43,957 nucleotides of DNA from an uncultured Candidatus Saccharibacteria bacterium (GTDB lineage: Bacteria > Patescibacteriota > Minisyncoccia > Phycocordibacterales > UBA2100). Made by a program: the position numbers and the translations under genes. Below, one piece after another: positions 39,880-43,957 of this stretch (positions are counted from its first letter, which is position 1; every line of letters begins with the position of its first letter). The stretch is taken from contig CAYIDY010000005.1 in the NCBI GenBank assembly GCA_964362305.1, forward strand, positions 1-43,957, read 5' to 3'. The notes under the pieces were generated by a model. That model saw nothing but the letters and a program-made list of their open reading frames with translations, did not search any database and was not told the DNA's origin.

Positions 39880-41670
39880 ATGGCCGTAGAAAAAGCATCG
39901 TTCTACCCACAAGAAGCAGAGCCGCCTTATTCGGACATACAATCCAGAAGAACGGTATATAGCCAGATGGAGATACCAGCCTCTAAGTCTAGGGGGTCAA
40001 AAAGTTTGCCGGAAGATATAGATGATGTGTTTGACCCAAACGCCGCATACACGCCACACACTTACGAATGGATACGGCAGAGAGAGAAAATGCGAGAGAA
40101 GACTGCGGAAGCAAAAAAGGAAGCAGAAGATAAAGCGGGACACACGGTGTCGGTGCCAGCAGAATTATTTGTGGTCGATGTGCTAGAAGGCAAATCACCA
40201 TTCGAAATACTCGGTGCGCCGGAAGGGGATATGCTGGAGGCACATAAGGGATACAGGCGCCTCATGCGCACGCTTCATCCTGATGTTGTGAATGCGCAAA
40301 TTAAAGAGATAGTAGATGCTGCTTTGGGCGGCTCTGAGAACGCGTGGAAACAATTGTCGCTGTGGGCAAATCGCGAGCAAATCGCTGACGAGGGAAAGCA
40401 AGCTAAGGCACCTAAAATCTTGGAAGAGAAAGAGCTGCTCGCGCTCTCCCCAGAGGACCAGGCGCTCTACGCTCAAAAACATCAAGACTGGGAAGAGAAA
40501 TTGGCTGCAGAAACACCCAATGCCGAGCCGCGTATTTTTGCAATTCGCGACGAACTATTAAAGCGAGCGGCGGAAAAAGCAATACTTATCAATCACGCAT
40601 GGGAGCAGATTAAAAAAGGGCTTTCATACGAAAGCATAGTAGGTGTTTCTTCGTTGTGGGACACATACGAAACTACTTACGGCGACTATCTATCTCCGCA
40701 TCAGAAAATTAGTCTTGAAGGTGATGCAGAATTGACGCGCGAACTTGATTTCACCGTCACGGATACGGGCGAGTTAGTGCTCCAAAATGCTCAAGCTGCG
40801 CACCTGCATTTTGCGATGGGAGTTGATAAAGAGTACGGAATATATCAGGGGTATAGGGAAGATATTCCGATAAAATCACTCTTCGCTTTCCTTGAATTGC
40901 AAGACGGGAGAAGAGTAAAGCCGGAATTGCTCTCGGATATTGCTGAAGAATATGCACTTAGTGTATTTGATGTGGGGCGCTTGCAGGATTTACTTTCTGA
41001 GCGCGCTGAGCCATCTCGCATTGCCAAAGAATTGGGAATAGTGCCTCTCGTAACGCTGCCAGAAAGTGGGGGAAGGTATATGTCTCCAGAAGAGCTAGTA
41101 CAGGAGATTTTAGACCAAGAAAGCGTCTCAGATGAAAGCTTCATTCGTTTCTTTGCAGCGGGGTACACGAAAGAAGCAATTGATTTGGTCCGGGAATTTA
41201 TTGTCCGCGAGAGACCATTCCAGGCAGTAAAGTGTAACCAATTTCTCAATGTACTCAGTTACCAGGCTGCGAAGCGCGGTGATGGGACATTTCTTGACAG
41301 ACGTTCATGGTATTTGAATCAACGTGATGCAGGCGACGAGCTTCGTGAAATAAATGACCATATACATCGTGCATTTAGAAAGACACAATCACGACCCGCT
41401 CAATTTGAGCGTAATATTTATGACGTCCTCAATGGCCCCTCATACACTTTCTCAGACGATACGGACGCTCCTAAATTTCGTGCCGGCGTAGAATTTGGGC
41501 GCGACGGATTGCGTATCATAATTCCAGACCAAGATTTTCGAGACCTTATTCTATCCAAAACAAAGGAAGTGTTCTTTAATGTGAAAGACCTTGGCGTCAT
41601 GAGAGAAATAGCCTACGGACGCAGTCTTCCCGCGAAGGGGGACGGAAAATTTCTTGCGAGAGAGCAATGA
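39880..41670 (+). CDS. Large protein with an internal split J-domain
   Basis: SPFEILG...YRRLMRTLHPD, then AAEKAILINHAWEQI about 90 aa later. Confidence 0.7.
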   Translation: MAVEKASFYPQEAEPPYSDIQSRRTVYSQMEIPASKSRGSKSLPEDIDDVFDPNAAYTPHTYEWIRQREKMREKTAEAKKEAEDKAGHTVSVPAELFVVDVLEGKSPFEILGAPEGDMLEAHKGYRRLMRTLHPDVVNAQIKEIVDAALGGSENAWKQLSLWANREQIADEGKQAKAPKILEEKELLALSPEDQALYAQKHQDWEEKLAAETPNAEPRIFAIRDELLKRAAEKAILINHAWEQIKKGLSYESIVGVSSLWDTYETTYGDYLSPHQKISLEGDAELTRELDFTVTDTGELVLQNAQAAHLHFAMGVDKEYGIYQGYREDIPIKSLFAFLELQDGRRVKPELLSDIAEEYALSVFDVGRLQDLLSERAEPSRIAKELGIVPLVTLPESGGRYMSPEELVQEILDQESVSDESFIRFFAAGYTKEAIDLVREFIVRERPFQAVKCNQFLNVLSYQAAKRGDGTFLDRRSWYLNQRDAGDELREINDHIHRAFRKTQSRPAQFERNIYDVLNGPSYTFSDDTDAPKFRAGVEFGRDGLRIIIPDQDFRDLILSKTKEVFFNVKDLGVMREIAYGRSLPAKGDGKFLAREQ

Positions 41671-41698
41671 GGAGTCGAGAACTGGTCGTGAAAAGCAC

Positions 41699-41850
41699 TT
41701 GACCACATTCTGAACTCGCGGTATTTTTCTTTCATGCAAATCAGCTCGCACATTATTGCGATTATTATCGAGCCCTCGCTCGGGGTCTGATTTGTGTTTC
41801 TAAACTAAGAAATACACACCAGCCCCCGAATCGGGGGCTGGTTCTTTATT
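41699..41850 (+). promoter_or_regulatory. Promoter plus Ile-rich leader peptide attenuator
   Basis: TTGACC-17nt-TATTTT; leader ORF 41734-41790 MQISSHIIAIIIEPSLGV; terminator ACCAGCCCCCG/CGGGGGCTGGT plus TCTTTATT; TCGGGGTCTG can pair with CAGCCCCCGA. Confidence 0.85.
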
Positions 41851-41868
41851 AAATTACAAAAAAACATT

Positions 41869-42249
41869 ATGAAATCAGTACACAGTAACAATGCGCCACA
41901 GGCAGTCGGCCCATACTCACAAGCGATTGAAAAGGGAGGAATGGTATTTTGTTCCGGCCAAATAGGATTGGATCCAGAAAAAGGGACGCTCGTCTCGGGG
42001 GGAGTCACGGCGGAAACTGAGCGTGTCATTAAAAATCTTGAAGCAGTACTTGCGGCAGCGCAGTGCACGCTGCGTGATGTAGTTTCGACCAATATCTATC
42101 TCGTTCGCATGGAAGACTTTGCCGCCGTGAACGAAGTCTATTCACGATTTTTCACGGAGCCGTGGCCCGCACGAGTAACCGTCGGTGTCGCAGCTCTGCC
42201 GAAAGGCGCGACGGTAGAAATATCATGCATCGCATCACGAACCGTATGA
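41869..42249 (+). CDS. ridA: RidA enamine/imine deaminase
   Basis: APQAVGPYSQA, SGQI, PARVTVGVAALPKG..VEI. Confidence 0.93.
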   Translation: MKSVHSNNAPQAVGPYSQAIEKGGMVFCSGQIGLDPEKGTLVSGGVTAETERVIKNLEAVLAAAQCTLRDVVSTNIYLVRMEDFAAVNEVYSRFFTEPWPARVTVGVAALPKGATVEISCIASRTV

Positions 42250-43496
42250 CCAAACAATTCAATCCGCATACCGTCGAGGAGGCGCGCGTGCATCTAAAAG
42301 GAGTCGTCAAAGAAACTCCGCTCATATTCAACGAAGCTCTTTCCGAGATGTACGGCGCAAAAATATATTTAAAGCGCGAAGACCTACAAGTCGTACGTTC
42401 GTATAAACTCCGTGGCGCATACAATCGAATGCGCGTACTCACGGCAGCAGAGAAAAAGCGCGGCGTCGTGTGTGCCTCTGCGGGGAATCATGCACAAGGC
42501 GTCGCATTCAGCTGTAAGAAGCTCAATGTGTCGGGCGTTATTTTCATGCCGAAAAACACACCGCGCCAAAAAGTAGAGCGCGTCGCCTCTCTCGGAAACT
42601 CATTCGTGACCATTGAGCTCTTTGGCGATTCGTTTGATGAGGCCTACGCAGAGGCGCGCCGCGTCGGAGCTCGAACAGGGCGTGTGTTTGTGCATCCATT
42701 CAACGACCCGCTGGTAATTGCAGGCCAAGGAACTGTCGGGATGGAAATCTTGGAACAGCTTCCCGCTCCGGCAGACTATGTTCTCGCTCCGGTTGGCGGC
42801 GGCGGGCTCATCTCCGGCCTCGGTAGTTATATGAAGTTTAGAAGCCCGAAGACAAAAATTATCGGAGTCGAGGCAGAGGGTGCACCGGGCATGACGCAGT
42901 CGCTGCGTGCAGGGAAGGTGGTGACGCTCGAAAAAATCGATTCATTTGCCGATGGCACCGCGGTAAGAACAGTCGGCGACCTCACGTTCGCGATATGCAA
43001 GAAAGTTGCGGATCGAATGGTGGTGGTGCCCGAAGGAAAACTATGCGCGACCATGATTACACTGTATCAACGAGACGGCATCGTGACCGAACCATCCGGG
43101 GCGCTAACCATTGCCGCATTAGACGACATCGCAAAGCAGATAAAAGGGAAGACGGTAGTGTGCATCGTTTCCGGCGGCAACAACGACATCAGTCGCTATC
43201 CGGAAGTCATCGAGCGCAGTTTGGTGTACCAAGGGCTTAAGCATTACTTTCTGATTAATTTCTCACAGCGCCCCGGCGCCCTCCGTCGCTACTTGAATGA
43301 CGCCCTCGGCCCAACCGACGACATTACTCTGTTTGAGTACACAAAGAAAAATAACCGGGAAAATGGGCCGGCATTGGTCGGAATTGAGCTTGCCAAGAAG
43401 GAGAACTGCAAGCCCCTTCTGAAGCGTATGGACGCCCTGGGCCTATCGTACGAGCTTTTACAGACGGATTCACCCCTCTTCCGGTTCCTGGTGTAG
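42246..43496 (+). CDS. ilvA: Threonine ammonia-lyase (biosynthetic, single regulatory domain)
   Basis: KREDLQVVRSYKLRGA, SAGNHAQG, GGGGL, QRPGAL; ATGA overlap with ridA. Confidence 0.95.
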   Translation: MTKQFNPHTVEEARVHLKGVVKETPLIFNEALSEMYGAKIYLKREDLQVVRSYKLRGAYNRMRVLTAAEKKRGVVCASAGNHAQGVAFSCKKLNVSGVIFMPKNTPRQKVERVASLGNSFVTIELFGDSFDEAYAEARRVGARTGRVFVHPFNDPLVIAGQGTVGMEILEQLPAPADYVLAPVGGGGLISGLGSYMKFRSPKTKIIGVEAEGAPGMTQSLRAGKVVTLEKIDSFADGTAVRTVGDLTFAICKKVADRMVVVPEGKLCATMITLYQRDGIVTEPSGALTIAALDDIAKQIKGKTVVCIVSGGNNDISRYPEVIERSLVYQGLKHYFLINFSQRPGALRRYLNDALGPTDDITLFEYTKKNNRENGPALVGIELAKKENCKPLLKRMDALGLSYELLQTDSPLFRFLV

Positions 43497-43579
43497 GCAC
43501 CTTTAGGGGGGTCGGGGAAGGGAGAGGACGGCTTGGGTTATCCCCCCAAAATCCACATAAATCCCCTCTGAAAGTATCC

Positions 43580-43608
43580 TTGACTCGCTATAGGGGCAGT
43601 GATACTGT
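43580..43608 (+). promoter_or_regulatory. rRNA promoter
   Basis: TTGACT-17nt-TACTGT with extended TG; boxA-like GTCCTTTGATAA near 43688. Confidence 0.75.
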
Positions 43609-43923
43609 GTCCCGACCTGTCGCTCTCACATGAAGCTTTTCGGCTTCGGAGACGAAATCCCGAAGGGGCTTTTCGGTGCGATAGGTTGTCCTTTGATAAT
43701 TGAATAGCATTGTACGCAAAACCAATAGATGGAATTAACTTTCCATCTGGTAAAAAACACACAACACACAAGCAAGAACACAAAAAGTAAGAAACCCTTG
43801 AACATTTGCTAGGAGCGAATGTCAGGGAAAAGTAAACAGTAAAGAACAAAGGAATATCCATTCTTTTGTTCTGTCCATCCTAAATAAGTGAAGAGCTCAA
43901 ATAAGCTAAATATAAATTTCATT

Positions 43924-43957
43924 TATACTTAGAGTTTGATCCTAGCTCAGGGTGAAT
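43924..43957 (+). rRNA. rrs: 16S rRNA, 5' end (partial)
   Basis: AGAGTTTGATCCTAGCTCAG at 43931-43950. Confidence 0.93.

Overview
Bacterial chromosomal segment running from the 3' end of a 23S rRNA plus 5S rRNA (left edge) to the promoter and 5' end of a 16S rRNA (right edge). Compact genes, short SecD/SecF, many single-pass Cys-motif surface proteins and pervasive leaderless starts suggest Patescibacteria/CPR (Parcubacteria-like, code 11). That assignment is inference, not a database result. Contents: (1) surface-polymer genes (arylsulfotransferase, tagD, tagF-like fusion, MurL-like PP-loop protein); (2) a candidate azole-RiPP locus with YcaO cyclodehydratase, SagB-type dehydrogenase and a PRTase/beta-propeller fusion, divergent from a signal-peptide-bearing Gly/Cys/Ser-rich precursor with a poly-Asp tail, followed by helical/TPR and Cys-repeat surface proteins; (3) rodA, EPS genes, folD, purH, secDF; (4) a shikimate-to-Trp/Tyr island (trpEGD-aroAKC, trpCBA, trpF, chorismate mutase, tyrA, aminotransferase) headed by a compact Trp T-box; (5) ridA-ilvA under an Ile leader-peptide attenuator. 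A Leu leader-peptide attenuator heading an orphan 57-aa gene and several small genes missing from the ORF track were found by reading the sequence. The best candidate for an undescribed system is the YcaO/SagB locus with its apparently exported or membrane-tethered precursor.
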